From Gammaproteobacteria bacterium (GTDB lineage: Bacteria; Pseudomonadota; Gammaproteobacteria; JAJFKO01), in contig JAJFKO010000043.1 of assembly GCA_021773175.1 (NCBI GenBank), positions 87,757 to 151,756 on the forward strand: 64,000 nucleotides of DNA. Direction: 5' to 3'. The notes beneath the pieces are model-generated. The model was not told where the DNA came from, did no database searches, and was given only the letters and a program-made list of their open reading frames with translations. Shown piece after piece: positions 9,801-19,934 of this stretch; positions within the stretch are counted from its first letter, which is position 1; each line of letters starts with the position of its first letter. A program made the translations under genes and the position numbers.

Positions 9801-12800
9801 CTTGTTAAAGGCAATGCAGATCTCACTCAGAATTTGACGCGAAAGACTTCTATGCAGCAATGTGCCGGACTAATTTGGCAAAGATTCTGCATTGTCTTAA
9901 ATAGCCTTTTACCGAAAGAACAGCTGTTACCATTAGATGGGTTTAAAGCAGATGCCTTGAAAGCAACGCTTCTCATTAGTGTTGATAAACAGCATAAGTC
10001 TTTAGCCGCTAAGTATGCCATTGTAAATAGTATGTTTGAATCAAAGGATAAGCAAAGTAGTTTAGCTGAATTAGCAAAAGAACTATTAGCATATCTTGAT
10101 GAATGTTATTTGATTTACTTAAGTCTCCAACAAGGGAAAAAATTATTACGTGCATTTAATGGTATTCTCGACGTTATTGATAACCGAGAAAATGTAGGTT
10201 TACCTGTGTATGGAGAGACTTATTCATTATTATTAAATATGTCAAGCGTAGAAAATACTGTAAATAATGCTGTAAGTTTTATTATGGGGGCTTTGCAAGG
10301 CTTACAACAACAAAGTGTGCTAGAAAGATTAAAGCAGCGTTATCCTGGCTTACCACTTACAGCTTTAGTGGCAAATGGACGTTATTCTTTTCAAGGAATA
10401 GCAGCAAGTAGTTCAGAAATTTGTGATGGTACAATAACGGCAATACCGGCTTATACTCGGGCGCAGTTGTTATTATCATCTTGTGGAAATTTATTATCTC
10501 ATAAAAGACCCTTTCAAGGTGTAGAGAAAAGTGTTTTAGTCGAAGAGCTTGAAGCTTTAGATGTGGCTCTAGCAAATCTCCCTAGTGTTGATTTCAATGC
10601 GACTTCACCAGATAGTGTTGGCAAAAAGAAAGATTTGGCAAAGTTCTTTGGACGTTATGTTTATACACTTAATAGTTTGATCGATTCTTTCTTGTTGACT
10701 GTTTACAAACATGAGTCAGATACCATTGAGTTAATTAGTTTAGATTTAGATGTTGTCGATAAAGAAATTTTAGAAAGTAAAGTAATGCTACAACATCTTT
10801 TAATGCGATTAAGCTTTATTGTCAAAGTCGCTAGAGCATATCTAGCGGTTCATGACATAGCAAATAAACATAGTATTGAAATAAGTTATGGTTTAACTGT
10901 TGATGATTTACCTACCTTAATTGCTCAACTTGAGAGTCAGATTGACTGTGTTACTTTTCGATTAAGCGCACTACCTGAAGCGACAGCAGAAGAGGTCGTT
11001 ACCAGAGCAGAGCCTGATGTCTTAATGTTAGCGGGAGGCTCTACAGAAGCTTTAGCAATACTTCAAGAGGATGCACTTATGAGTGCTGCTGACGCTCAGA
11101 GACTATCAAATGATTTATTTGGCAATCTAGAGGCAAGTATACAGCGAGTTGAAGCTGAGCTTGACGTTGAAGTAACTCGAGCTGCCTCAATGCAAAGTGT
11201 AAGTGAACTCAGTTTCCAGAGTGTCGATGATATTGTTTTGACGCTGCAGTCATTACTTGATGATATTGATGCAGCACAGTCAGTTAATTTGTTCAGTAAT
11301 AAAAACATCAATACACCAAAATGCGAAACTCTTCGCGCATTACAGGGACGACTATTAATTCAGATTGAACAAGTTATGTTTAATTGGGCAAGACTAGATC
11401 GAGAATCTCGACTTCAAGTTTTAGCAAAAGCACCAATGCAAAATTTAATGTCAATGCTACGAAAACTACATGAACAAATGTTTAATTGCCCTGCGCGTGA
11501 ATTAATGAGCACTCTTCAACTGCAAGCAGACATTCATATGCAAGCGGTTGCTGCTTCGTTAGCTGCTTTTTCAAGTGGAGCGAATGCAGCAGAGCCCATG
11601 TTTGATCTTATGTCAGGTGAGGTTGAGAGTCCTATTCAATCACCACTTAAAAAAGCGATGGAATTACTACGTTTACCTTCAGAATCAAGTTCAGCACAAC
11701 ATCCCGAAACAGATGAGATGGATCTAATGCTGGTAATGCTTGGAGCCACTGCTAAAGTAAATATGCAGATGAATGTTAATGCTCATCTGGCGATGTTATT
11801 ACAAGTGCTGCGCATGGAAAGTATGGCAGAATATGCTGCTGATGAATTGTCTGTTGTGGAGATGCGGAGTTATCGACTTGACTTAAAAGCTATAGCTGCT
11901 GAAGTGGCAGCAAAAAAAGAAACTCTACTTATAGAGCTATGCCGTAGAATGTCAGCAAAAATTGATAGCTATGTTTCAACTGATTCGAAAAGTTCATCGA
12001 TGTTACTTGCTGAGTTAACAATATATTTACATTATCACCGAATTATTGGTGTCGATCTTGCTATTGATGATGTTAAGAAAGTATATTTGTTTTTATTAAA
12101 TGATACGCGAGAGTTATCACACAAACCATTATGTTTAGCGAACGTTGCCTATTTTGTTGATATCAATGCAATTACTGATATTGTCTTGCTTGATCATATT
12201 ATGCATGTCGCTGAAGATGTTCGTCGTCAGCTTGCTGAATTGAAGTCCGCTGATCCTAGTGTCGATTTTAGTAAAGAGCTGAGTTTGTTAGATGAGTTCG
12301 ATAGGGTCTTTTTGCCGCTCTATTATGACTGTAAATTAAGAGCAGTAAGTCAAGATGCTGGTGACTCTGTTGGCTTATCAGATAGTGATGATACAAGCGT
12401 TGAATGTGATCACGCTAGAGCCTTGTTGGATTTAATTTCTTCTGCAGCTAAGTCTGGTGTTTTAAAGAAGCTTAATCAAGGCATGATTTTTGAGGTCAAT
12501 CTAAATGTCGCTGTAACTCAGCTTAGATTACTTGATTATAGTGATATAAATGCAGCTCAACGATCGTTAATTAATATAGCCGGGATATTAAAACAAGCAG
12601 CATCTATTCTTCATGCTAATACATATCTACAAGTTGAAAATAATGTTACGGCTTGTTATGAGGCAATCATGCTTTATATCAATAATATATTGCGTAATGT
12701 TATTCTTGTTCAAGGAAAAGGTGCTCAGTTTAAGTTGCTTCCAGCACTTGTTGGGCTTATCAGTTTATTACTAAAAAACATTTCAATGATAATCGATGAA

Positions 12801-15800
12801 ATTCCTGTGTTAGATACAGAGCAAGATGGCGGGTTGCAATATTATCAAGAATTGATTTATCCAATTGTCATGTATTTTAATCGAGTTGTTGTTAATGCTG
12901 TTGAGGCATTTCCAAATGAAGAAGCCGCTAAGTTGCAAAGCTATATAAGCATTCATCTGTCTACGATAACTGACGCTATAAAATCTTTAATTGCAAAAGC
13001 ATCATCTAGCGATGAAAAACAACAACTTGCTGCTGTTTTAGATTTCATGATCAATATATTGCTGTCTCACTTTGAGACACCATTGTTTGCTAAACGTGAT
13101 GCAGCAGCCACATCTCCAGATATCTATGAAGACTATTTATATTCGCCAGAGCGAATTGGAATGCCCCCTAATTCTGCTGATGAAGAAAAGATGACTGTTA
13201 GTCTATGTATCCAACAGTGTGTTGTTTTGCAAGGTATGCTAGCTAGCAGAAATGCTGTTGCAGATATTGTTGAATTCATGAGTAGCGAAGGCATAACTAT
13301 AGATAGTTTTGCAGAGATAGAACGGCAATCTCCAAGTAGGGTGCAGTTGCAACAAGTTCTTAATAAGGTTCGAGCTGGACTATATAGACATTTCCAAAGA
13401 TCGCTTATTAAAGAAGTAAAAGATTTCTTTGCTAATATATTTAACAGAATGAGCGAAGATGACGATGTGTCGTCTGGTTTCGAACTTTTAGCTGAGCTCG
13501 ATGCGATTTCTATAATAAGAGAGCAATTAGCGCCAAGTGATGAATGTTTATGGTTGCTTCTTACCCTTGATTTGCAGTTGTTTTTATTTGGAAACTCCAA
13601 AGTAAATGCGCTAATACTTTATCAAGAGATGCTTGATAATGTTGAGCATCTGGTGAGGTTGTTAAATAAAAATCCAATGCTGCTAAGTCAATACCACAAT
13701 GTCGTTGCTCGCGTTGTCAAAATACAGTCTTTACAGGTATCTGATGTTGATGAAGAGAGCAAGCTTCTTTTTGTTGCTCAAAAAGAAAGAATTGATGAAA
13801 TGCTATTACCACTCATGGCTATGCATGTATTTGCTGATATGGGGAAAAAATCTACTCAGTTACGTGGAAGTTATGCTGCTATCTATTTAGTTGAATTAGA
13901 TGTTTCTACCGTTGTGACAACATCTGCATGCGCTGCATTTATGATGTCACACTTAAATGCGATTAGAAAACAGTTACAGTCTGATACAGGATTAAGGTCT
14001 AGTGATGAAGATACTGCTTCTTTACATAACAGCATTTTGCCTGCTGCGGTTAAATATTTACGAAACCTTTGTCAAGGTTTTCTGCCTGAAACTAAAAGAT
14101 TGGAGAGCGGAATAGAACCAAGTGAAGTACTCGTTGCAATGACAGCCGAGCTTAATAACAGACTTATATCGTTGAATAAGCAATTAGACACGGACCCAAG
14201 TAAAACTGATGCAGAGTATGATGCTACTGAATTAGAAGACTTTCTAGATTATGTGCAAGCATTATATCAATTTTTACGAGGAGTTCAGTCATGTGGAGAT
14301 ATACTTCTTGAGATTAGTCAGCTATTGACAAAAGACAAAAATAATGAAGTGTTACGAAAAGATGCAACGGCTTTAGTGTCAATGGCAAGCAGCCTCGAAG
14401 CATATATTTTACAAAGTATTAAATTTACATTGCCGAATAACGTGCTATCTACAGCTCCGAATAGGGCTATGCTAACTCGCTGCGCTTCTCCTCGAGTAGA
14501 GGCGACGGTTTCAGGTAATTTTTATTGCGTAAAACCCGCTAAGGCGGATGTGGCACTAACAAAATCGTTCAACTTCAATATCGCTGAGCGGACATATAGA
14601 ATTGCTGTATTAATTCGAGATGCTTTTCTTGCTATTGAAAATAGCTATGGTGTAAACGCAGTTATCACAGGAAAAAGTTTAAAGGATACTTTGCAGCATG
14701 CAGATATGTTTTTACTTGAATATAGACAGTATCTTGAGGCAAGTCAGCAAAGCTCTGTGTCAGAGCAGTCTGTAGCAATACATGCTCGTAGTCTTGAATA
14801 TGCCTTGATTGAAATTATGCCGATAGTTAAGCACCTGTTTGCTAAGTTATTTAATAATAGCATGGACTTTGTAAATATAGATGATATCTCTGTTGAGGCT
14901 TTTCTTGCGCCTTATTTTGCTGCGAATAATTTTTCTACTCTAAATTCGCTTTTACAAAGAGTTAGTGTATTACAATGTGTTTCAATTTATATTGCTGCTA
15001 ACTGTAATGCTTTACTCGGAGATGTTCATAATCCCTTTGCTGAGTTTCCTGCTGAGTTGTTTGAGAAACTTGCTGATTTCTCAACGAAGTGTATAGATAT
15101 ATTAACATCTTCTTTGCAATCTTTAGCGCCAACCAGCGTTGAAGACATAAAAGGGCAAGTTTTAATTTTTGTTACTGAGCATCAAAATAATGCAGAAGCA
15201 GAAGCAGAAGCAGAAGCAGACGTCAGAGCTGCTGTTGCACTTAATGTGGATGGAGATAAAGCTCAGCATTTTGTTAAGTTAATGGTGCAGATTGATAAAC
15301 TATGGGCTGGCTGTTCTAAAGATAATGTTAGAGCACAACTTTATGAGTTGTGTCGACAGTTACATAAAACCATGCATGAAGATTTAATTAGAGAAGGGAG
15401 CTATAAACATAGTAATGCTTCTGTAGATGAATCTTTGCAAGTAGGCTCTACTCTTATTGAAGCGGCCTTACATAATATTTATTGTCAATTACTCTATTTG
15501 CAGCCATCACTTGTAAGTTCTAAAGAGAATACAGCAAATGCCAGAAGATTAATTGCTCAAGCAGAAAGATATTGCAAAGCGTATTGTAATGCTGGTTTTG
15601 AAAAGACAACTATTCGCTCGAAAGAAATATACGAGTTGATCATTAATTTTATCGAAGTGAATGCTGAAGAATTAGCTATTAAAGAGAGAATACCTGTAAT
15701 TGTCACAACGGCCGTTGCAGAAGTTGATACTGCAACTTTACAACGAGTCTGTAGAGTTACGGTAGAGGAACAATTCTCTGTAGATGCGATGAGAGATGCG

Positions 15801-18800
15801 GTGCTTGCTAAGAGTTTAGCGGCTATTAGAAAAGATGATGTGCTAAAAGCACTTAAAGTTCAGGTTGAAAAAGCAATTAAAGACGCTGTACTGCAAGCAT
15901 TACGAGACAAATCTAAAGAATCTCTTGACAAGATTGCAAGAAGCGTCGCTCAAACACATGCAAATGAATTTCTTGCAGCACTGGGGCAGAATGGTGTTGC
16001 TGTACTTATAAAAATATATATGCAAAATCTAAGCAAAGATTTTGTCGCGGTAGCTGACGTTAGAGATGCTACTGCAATCGCAAGAGCTCAGTTAGTTGTT
16101 GATCCCTGCCGGAGTCAAGCTTTTGCTGCATGGTATGAAAATACAACAGCTCATAAAATGTCTGGCGTTATGACGGATGTCAGGCCTAGCCTAAATGCAG
16201 CGACGGGTGAGCCAGTGAGTGTTTTGGCAGAGAATATTGAAGCTGGAGTTACGGAAGCTTTAAGCGCTGTTTTTCCTAACTTAGAAAGATCAACAATGCA
16301 AGGTGATATTACTACAAAATTAGTGGATACAATACTTGCTGATGATGCGCTTATAACTGTGTTTGATGAAGCTACAGCTGAAGCGCAACGTGCTTTTGAA
16401 GAAGAACAAGTAGCTCTCGACGCATTAAAAGAACAAGCAGGAAAAGTCATGGAGGGTGCTTTTTATGCAGAATTAAAAGAAATTCTTGAGCGCTGTGTTA
16501 CTAATGATAGTGCTTCTAGTATCAAAGCGATAACGACAGAGATACAAGATAGATTATCATCTCAGGCGGGGAAATCGCCAAATAAAGGCGATGTTAGAAA
16601 AGCATGGCAGCAAGTTCTTTTACAATCTGTTCTGGATGCTGCTTTACAGAATAAAACGATGACAGATCACGATAGACGTGAAGCGATGCTTGCCGCTATA
16701 ACGGAATGCTTGCGAGGCCTGTATTCTGAGGATGACACCAAAGCTGTTGATGAAACGCAAAAAGCTCAGGTGGGCCAGGTTGTTGAAGGCTTTAATCAGC
16801 TTAGAACTATTATTCAAACTTTTCCAGAATTTGATATTTACTTCAAACGACAAGGTGATGTATCTGCATTTCTTGAAAGTATAGCGTGTCCAAAAACAAG
16901 ATGTGTTATTGAAACGTATATGGCTGCTGAATGTCAACGTTTGAAAAAGCAATTAAATTTTGAGACAGTTAAAGAAGTACTTCCTGATGTTGCTAAAAAA
17001 GTTTTTGATGGTAAGCGTGATGATTTAATTGAAAGTGCAGCTAAAAAAGCTGCTGGCGCTTATTTTAGCTCAAAACCAATGAAAGGAGCAAAAGGGAAAA
17101 GAGGTCAAGTTGGTGAAAAACAAGATGAGTATGAAGAAAAAGCAGGCTCTATAGGGGTTGCTGTAAACAGTGCAGTTGATAGGGTGCTCTTGCAAGTTAG
17201 CATGACGATGCCGAAGGTTATGCCGGTTAATGCAAAAAAGCATGCCGCAACGTATACTAAAAACAGGGCTAATCGAGATGCAGTATTTGATGCTGCGACA
17301 TGTGCATTGGTAGCGAAATTAGCTATACAGGATGCTGACCCTGTATCTAAAAAATCGCCACAAGGTCTTTCTAAAGGCGCACAAAAGCAAGCTGTTAGTG
17401 AAGGACTCGAGCAATTGTTAACAGTTGTTTTGCGAGCACAATTTGAAGCACTGTTATATCAAGATAGAAGCAGTCTTGTTGCTACTGCCACCTCTGAAAT
17501 TTCCGCTATAAAAGCTGAACTATCACACCGACATAAAAGTATTTGTGCTGATGTTTTGGCTGCTCAACAAGTTGCTGCAGTTATGCAAGATGTTGATGGC
17601 TCTATGGACGCTGATTTTCTGCAAACACAAGTTCGAGCAGCTGTCGTAAGTCGATTACAAAAACTTGACGTGGTAGAGCTACAGACTCTTTGTAGTTCGA
17701 CAAAGAAAAATGCTTTTGTTGAACTTTATGTTTCTGAGCTAGTAAAAGTAATCGCTGCAGATTTTGTGGAAACAGATAGAAAGTTAAGTGCTGCTCATGC
17801 TATAGCCAAAAAGACATGGTTAGAACAAAAAGGACAGGCAACAGCCACTGCAATAATGATTTTCAATGCGAGTGTTAAAGGCGCTGCTGTGACGGCGAAA
17901 ACAACTGTTGTAACGAGTGTCGTAGCGAAAGCAGAAGAGTCTGTTAAAGACAAACTGGAGGAAGAGGCAATGCAAGCAGAAACTCTGCAAGCTATTGCAC
18001 TAGAATGTCGACCAGTACTAATTGCAGCGGTGAGTAAATCTGTAATAGAAGATGTTGCGTTTGATGCACAGCAACTGTTTAAAGCTACTATCATTGAATA
18101 TTTAAAACGAAATAACAGTGCAGCATTAGAAGAGCAGTATCAAAGTGCCGGTGATGCCGCGTTAAATCAGCTGCTTGCAGATTCCGCTACTACCTTGACT
18201 ATGATGCGAACAGATGTGACACAGCAATGTGCAGAAGTGAGAGCTAGTGAATATGCTAAAGCTTTGCTTGGTCAAGCTGAAGAAACAGGGACTCTAAACA
18301 CGATAGTGAGTCGTGTTGAAACAGAATTGCAAGTCAGCGTTGCGAGTTTAACTGAACATAGCCTTAAAGAAGCATTACGTACAGCAGCTAATTTAGATCT
18401 CCAAGAACGAAAACAGAATGATGCTCATCTTGAGCCTGTTTATACGCAGGTGGCTAATGCAGTTGTGGCTAATGATTCTTTTGTGGTTGCAATTGGTGTT
18501 GATGAAAATGTATTAATGACATTAATGAAAAACGTGCGTGCCATGGCTGAATCTAATATAAGTATTACAGCCTTACAGCATGTTGGACAAGCTGTTGCAC
18601 AAGAGCGAACAGCAGAATTGGTTGCATCAAAACAAGCTGAAAGCTGGCTGACTGAAGGTGCGACAAAACTTCAAGCTCTGAGAAAATCTGCAGCTTCGAA
18701 TGTAGATATTAGTATTCATCGAGCAGCATTAAAAAGTCATTTGCTTAATATTCTTAAGCCTGAATTGCTAGCAGGACTAAAAGATGCTTTGCTACAAGAT

Positions 18801-19931
18801 AAATCACAACTTGCTGAATATGCTAAAGCAGATTTTGATGCTATTAGGCTCACAATTGCTAACCATGCAGAAGCAAGTGTGGAGACTATGCTTACAGATT
18901 TAGACACACAGCTCTCATTGATTAGTGATGATGTTGTGCGAGCTGAAGTGCGTACTCAATTACAAGCATCTGCTAATAGTTTATTTACGATGATTAATCC
19001 GACTATCATTAATTCATTGGTTTTAAATATGAGTGAGGCTTCTTTTCTTGCCGAATATAGTGAGACGGTTGCGGAGCAATTGGCAGAAATGTTAACAGAC
19101 CGTGTATTAGCGGCAGCGGCAGAGCAACAGCAACGTGAACAGCAAAAAGCTGCTAGATCGAGAAGAAAACGAAGAAGTGACAAAGGCACACATGCTCAAT
19201 TAATGCAAGATGGAGGTGCATTAAATCGTTCACCACCTTCTGCACAACCAGCAGCAATCCCGCCTCAAGGTTATCCTCAGCAAAATGGGCATTATGACTC
19301 TCAAATGATGGCGTGGATGCAGCAACAACAGATGCAGCAACAACAGATGCAGCAATATTATGCACAGCATGGTTATCCACCTCAGCAAGGTTATCCTCCG
19401 CAAGGTGGTTATCCTCCGCAAGGTGGTTATCCTCAGCAAGGTTATCCTCAGCAAGGTTATTTTCAGCAAGGTGGTTATCCTCAGCAAGGCAGTTATCCTG
19501 CAACACTGTTCTATGATGATTCTGGTCAGAATGGTTTTGCTTCTCATGATTTTTCACAGCTACAAACAGTAGATATTCAATCTGCTCGTAATCAAGAACT
19601 TATTACGCTTATATGTGCAACACTTAATAAAATAGGTAAAAAGGCTTTTCTTGCTGCTACTGGGTTTGCTTCAATGATCAATAGCACTTATTTACATAAT
19701 GAAATAGGGCCGCTAATTGCTAATCTAAATGGATTGCAGCATAAACTTGAGTTTCAATGGCGCGATAATGCTGAACAAATAGCTGAAAAAGAAACTATGT
19801 TGGCAAATGTAGACACATTGGTAGAAAATATAAGGGCATTAATGGCGGCTGAGGTATCACTTGATTCTTCAACTCTAGCTGGTGGAGTGACGCTTGCTGT
19901 CAGTAACTCCAGGATTAAAGGTCAAAGCTAG
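6834..19931 (+). CDS. Giant 4365-aa predicted all-helical protein with internal duplication, Ala-rich coiled-coil region and PPQGY/Q-rich tail
   Basis: Uninterrupted 13.1-kb ORF with RBS and promoter; no catalytic motif recognised. Confidence 0.85.
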   Translation: MPRGKKRVVVHGKQDSGLDNSSLQEALRTTMAQYNERGQASRESTQKEIYVSRQVDSIASSLKALEIVVNRLVGMEAHRTRDFHGMASDVTEQLVDIARVLEHKFSATEAAELEVKEVLTGKKLLEKGVLDNFAKDIIKRLEELHASVFNKLSAKNLKANNALGDMQRQGLEGKSATLNFAYLLLQLDTIKRLSVFCQQHFVTRKLRKKDPLFIFLNTNYQSGISNCILRIREDAVAYTRVSLGTITRLRQQQLENFSIETGDTIFSLVHDLLMLAATEHYEHSPEDYQKMLAACDVSLESLWVQWQADKSNLQILLHLVQLLYLEIKISLAQQRIRTEELHKLKDNQPGDELKLSLEAILDRLIDLGEKWQEIIIYAQQVEELSDTERNKPHVLELSRMFDMTKSWVMPKYVEQVGQPLIVSITENIKALSSGALDMKAMSEQIKRAMIFANVVQIEMAGNQLNVSRTNLLEMRPQPDTSRNIGVLTSAQLAMREAIKGILDDAYEMLLTAFQFLVDYMVEYQSVDLQTPIMQQLSAWLMMVFSLIVVPDYQPKCLAELGETASDLYVCVMQPLTMIIDEFRNAKILDFSSGMAREKFILQQDRLLDSALFAMRHRVTKIHAAGLLELRRVAMSVQIPALIGFLSREFIEVLSEYFTSGVEFATAAECRAAFSAIEIEILDDLSLVANLQKQEAAIQRAYEKYTKLFVLSNIITLLEAVNSTFKCKLNLPGFLKDIDLTMLKSTLAKILTETDNRIKVQMDTVLRLKLTSNLVASTATDKKPPEQGHMCILLAQKAVVERMAFFMDEIKGPYEFRYRWLVYKTNFRLGALAQKEFSQTHLTTQKENAQLIQEYLVAAVDAFICLCRLVATEPALCVIYYDMLSEQRHILLTMLERVNITAMGYSSPKMQHVFTAAKSSLTNGEGIDDDINVLLLLNRIELFKMLITGCPPRLASMLTSTDRIDTSERKPVNIITAIISLRAITEEFMLLVKGNADLTQNLTRKTSMQQCAGLIWQRFCIVLNSLLPKEQLLPLDGFKADALKATLLISVDKQHKSLAAKYAIVNSMFESKDKQSSLAELAKELLAYLDECYLIYLSLQQGKKLLRAFNGILDVIDNRENVGLPVYGETYSLLLNMSSVENTVNNAVSFIMGALQGLQQQSVLERLKQRYPGLPLTALVANGRYSFQGIAASSSEICDGTITAIPAYTRAQLLLSSCGNLLSHKRPFQGVEKSVLVEELEALDVALANLPSVDFNATSPDSVGKKKDLAKFFGRYVYTLNSLIDSFLLTVYKHESDTIELISLDLDVVDKEILESKVMLQHLLMRLSFIVKVARAYLAVHDIANKHSIEISYGLTVDDLPTLIAQLESQIDCVTFRLSALPEATAEEVVTRAEPDVLMLAGGSTEALAILQEDALMSAADAQRLSNDLFGNLEASIQRVEAELDVEVTRAASMQSVSELSFQSVDDIVLTLQSLLDDIDAAQSVNLFSNKNINTPKCETLRALQGRLLIQIEQVMFNWARLDRESRLQVLAKAPMQNLMSMLRKLHEQMFNCPARELMSTLQLQADIHMQAVAASLAAFSSGANAAEPMFDLMSGEVESPIQSPLKKAMELLRLPSESSSAQHPETDEMDLMLVMLGATAKVNMQMNVNAHLAMLLQVLRMESMAEYAADELSVVEMRSYRLDLKAIAAEVAAKKETLLIELCRRMSAKIDSYVSTDSKSSSMLLAELTIYLHYHRIIGVDLAIDDVKKVYLFLLNDTRELSHKPLCLANVAYFVDINAITDIVLLDHIMHVAEDVRRQLAELKSADPSVDFSKELSLLDEFDRVFLPLYYDCKLRAVSQDAGDSVGLSDSDDTSVECDHARALLDLISSAAKSGVLKKLNQGMIFEVNLNVAVTQLRLLDYSDINAAQRSLINIAGILKQAASILHANTYLQVENNVTACYEAIMLYINNILRNVILVQGKGAQFKLLPALVGLISLLLKNISMIIDEIPVLDTEQDGGLQYYQELIYPIVMYFNRVVVNAVEAFPNEEAAKLQSYISIHLSTITDAIKSLIAKASSSDEKQQLAAVLDFMINILLSHFETPLFAKRDAAATSPDIYEDYLYSPERIGMPPNSADEEKMTVSLCIQQCVVLQGMLASRNAVADIVEFMSSEGITIDSFAEIERQSPSRVQLQQVLNKVRAGLYRHFQRSLIKEVKDFFANIFNRMSEDDDVSSGFELLAELDAISIIREQLAPSDECLWLLLTLDLQLFLFGNSKVNALILYQEMLDNVEHLVRLLNKNPMLLSQYHNVVARVVKIQSLQVSDVDEESKLLFVAQKERIDEMLLPLMAMHVFADMGKKSTQLRGSYAAIYLVELDVSTVVTTSACAAFMMSHLNAIRKQLQSDTGLRSSDEDTASLHNSILPAAVKYLRNLCQGFLPETKRLESGIEPSEVLVAMTAELNNRLISLNKQLDTDPSKTDAEYDATELEDFLDYVQALYQFLRGVQSCGDILLEISQLLTKDKNNEVLRKDATALVSMASSLEAYILQSIKFTLPNNVLSTAPNRAMLTRCASPRVEATVSGNFYCVKPAKADVALTKSFNFNIAERTYRIAVLIRDAFLAIENSYGVNAVITGKSLKDTLQHADMFLLEYRQYLEASQQSSVSEQSVAIHARSLEYALIEIMPIVKHLFAKLFNNSMDFVNIDDISVEAFLAPYFAANNFSTLNSLLQRVSVLQCVSIYIAANCNALLGDVHNPFAEFPAELFEKLADFSTKCIDILTSSLQSLAPTSVEDIKGQVLIFVTEHQNNAEAEAEAEADVRAAVALNVDGDKAQHFVKLMVQIDKLWAGCSKDNVRAQLYELCRQLHKTMHEDLIREGSYKHSNASVDESLQVGSTLIEAALHNIYCQLLYLQPSLVSSKENTANARRLIAQAERYCKAYCNAGFEKTTIRSKEIYELIINFIEVNAEELAIKERIPVIVTTAVAEVDTATLQRVCRVTVEEQFSVDAMRDAVLAKSLAAIRKDDVLKALKVQVEKAIKDAVLQALRDKSKESLDKIARSVAQTHANEFLAALGQNGVAVLIKIYMQNLSKDFVAVADVRDATAIARAQLVVDPCRSQAFAAWYENTTAHKMSGVMTDVRPSLNAATGEPVSVLAENIEAGVTEALSAVFPNLERSTMQGDITTKLVDTILADDALITVFDEATAEAQRAFEEEQVALDALKEQAGKVMEGAFYAELKEILERCVTNDSASSIKAITTEIQDRLSSQAGKSPNKGDVRKAWQQVLLQSVLDAALQNKTMTDHDRREAMLAAITECLRGLYSEDDTKAVDETQKAQVGQVVEGFNQLRTIIQTFPEFDIYFKRQGDVSAFLESIACPKTRCVIETYMAAECQRLKKQLNFETVKEVLPDVAKKVFDGKRDDLIESAAKKAAGAYFSSKPMKGAKGKRGQVGEKQDEYEEKAGSIGVAVNSAVDRVLLQVSMTMPKVMPVNAKKHAATYTKNRANRDAVFDAATCALVAKLAIQDADPVSKKSPQGLSKGAQKQAVSEGLEQLLTVVLRAQFEALLYQDRSSLVATATSEISAIKAELSHRHKSICADVLAAQQVAAVMQDVDGSMDADFLQTQVRAAVVSRLQKLDVVELQTLCSSTKKNAFVELYVSELVKVIAADFVETDRKLSAAHAIAKKTWLEQKGQATATAIMIFNASVKGAAVTAKTTVVTSVVAKAEESVKDKLEEEAMQAETLQAIALECRPVLIAAVSKSVIEDVAFDAQQLFKATIIEYLKRNNSAALEEQYQSAGDAALNQLLADSATTLTMMRTDVTQQCAEVRASEYAKALLGQAEETGTLNTIVSRVETELQVSVASLTEHSLKEALRTAANLDLQERKQNDAHLEPVYTQVANAVVANDSFVVAIGVDENVLMTLMKNVRAMAESNISITALQHVGQAVAQERTAELVASKQAESWLTEGATKLQALRKSAASNVDISIHRAALKSHLLNILKPELLAGLKDALLQDKSQLAEYAKADFDAIRLTIANHAEASVETMLTDLDTQLSLISDDVVRAEVRTQLQASANSLFTMINPTIINSLVLNMSEASFLAEYSETVAEQLAEMLTDRVLAAAAEQQQREQQKAARSRRKRRSDKGTHAQLMQDGGALNRSPPSAQPAAIPPQGYPQQNGHYDSQMMAWMQQQQMQQQQMQQYYAQHGYPPQQGYPPQGGYPPQGGYPQQGYPQQGYFQQGGYPQQGSYPATLFYDDSGQNGFASHDFSQLQTVDIQSARNQELITLICATLNKIGKKAFLAATGFASMINSTYLHNEIGPLIANLNGLQHKLEFQWRDNAEQIAEKETMLANVDTLVENIRALMAAEVSLDSSTLAGGVTLAVSNSRIKGQS
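15192..15220 (+). repeat. In-frame hexamer microsatellite (GCAGAA)n encoding AEAEAEAEA
   Basis: gcagaagcagaagcagaagcagaagcaga. Confidence 0.8.
19262..19500 (+). repeat. Coding tandem repeats (15/18 bp) encoding YPPQG/YPQQG units and poly-Q
   Basis: Repeated ggttatcctc(c/a)gcaa units encoding GYPPQQGYPPQGGYPPQGGYPQQGYPQQGY. Confidence 0.9.
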
Positions 19932-19934
19932 AGT

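Noticed and set aside
19153-19572. Repetitive ORFs in alternative frames (LAEDNH, LSSARW, VILSK, RITTL repeats)
   Set aside because: Shadow frames of the PPQGY tandem repeat in the giant ORF.
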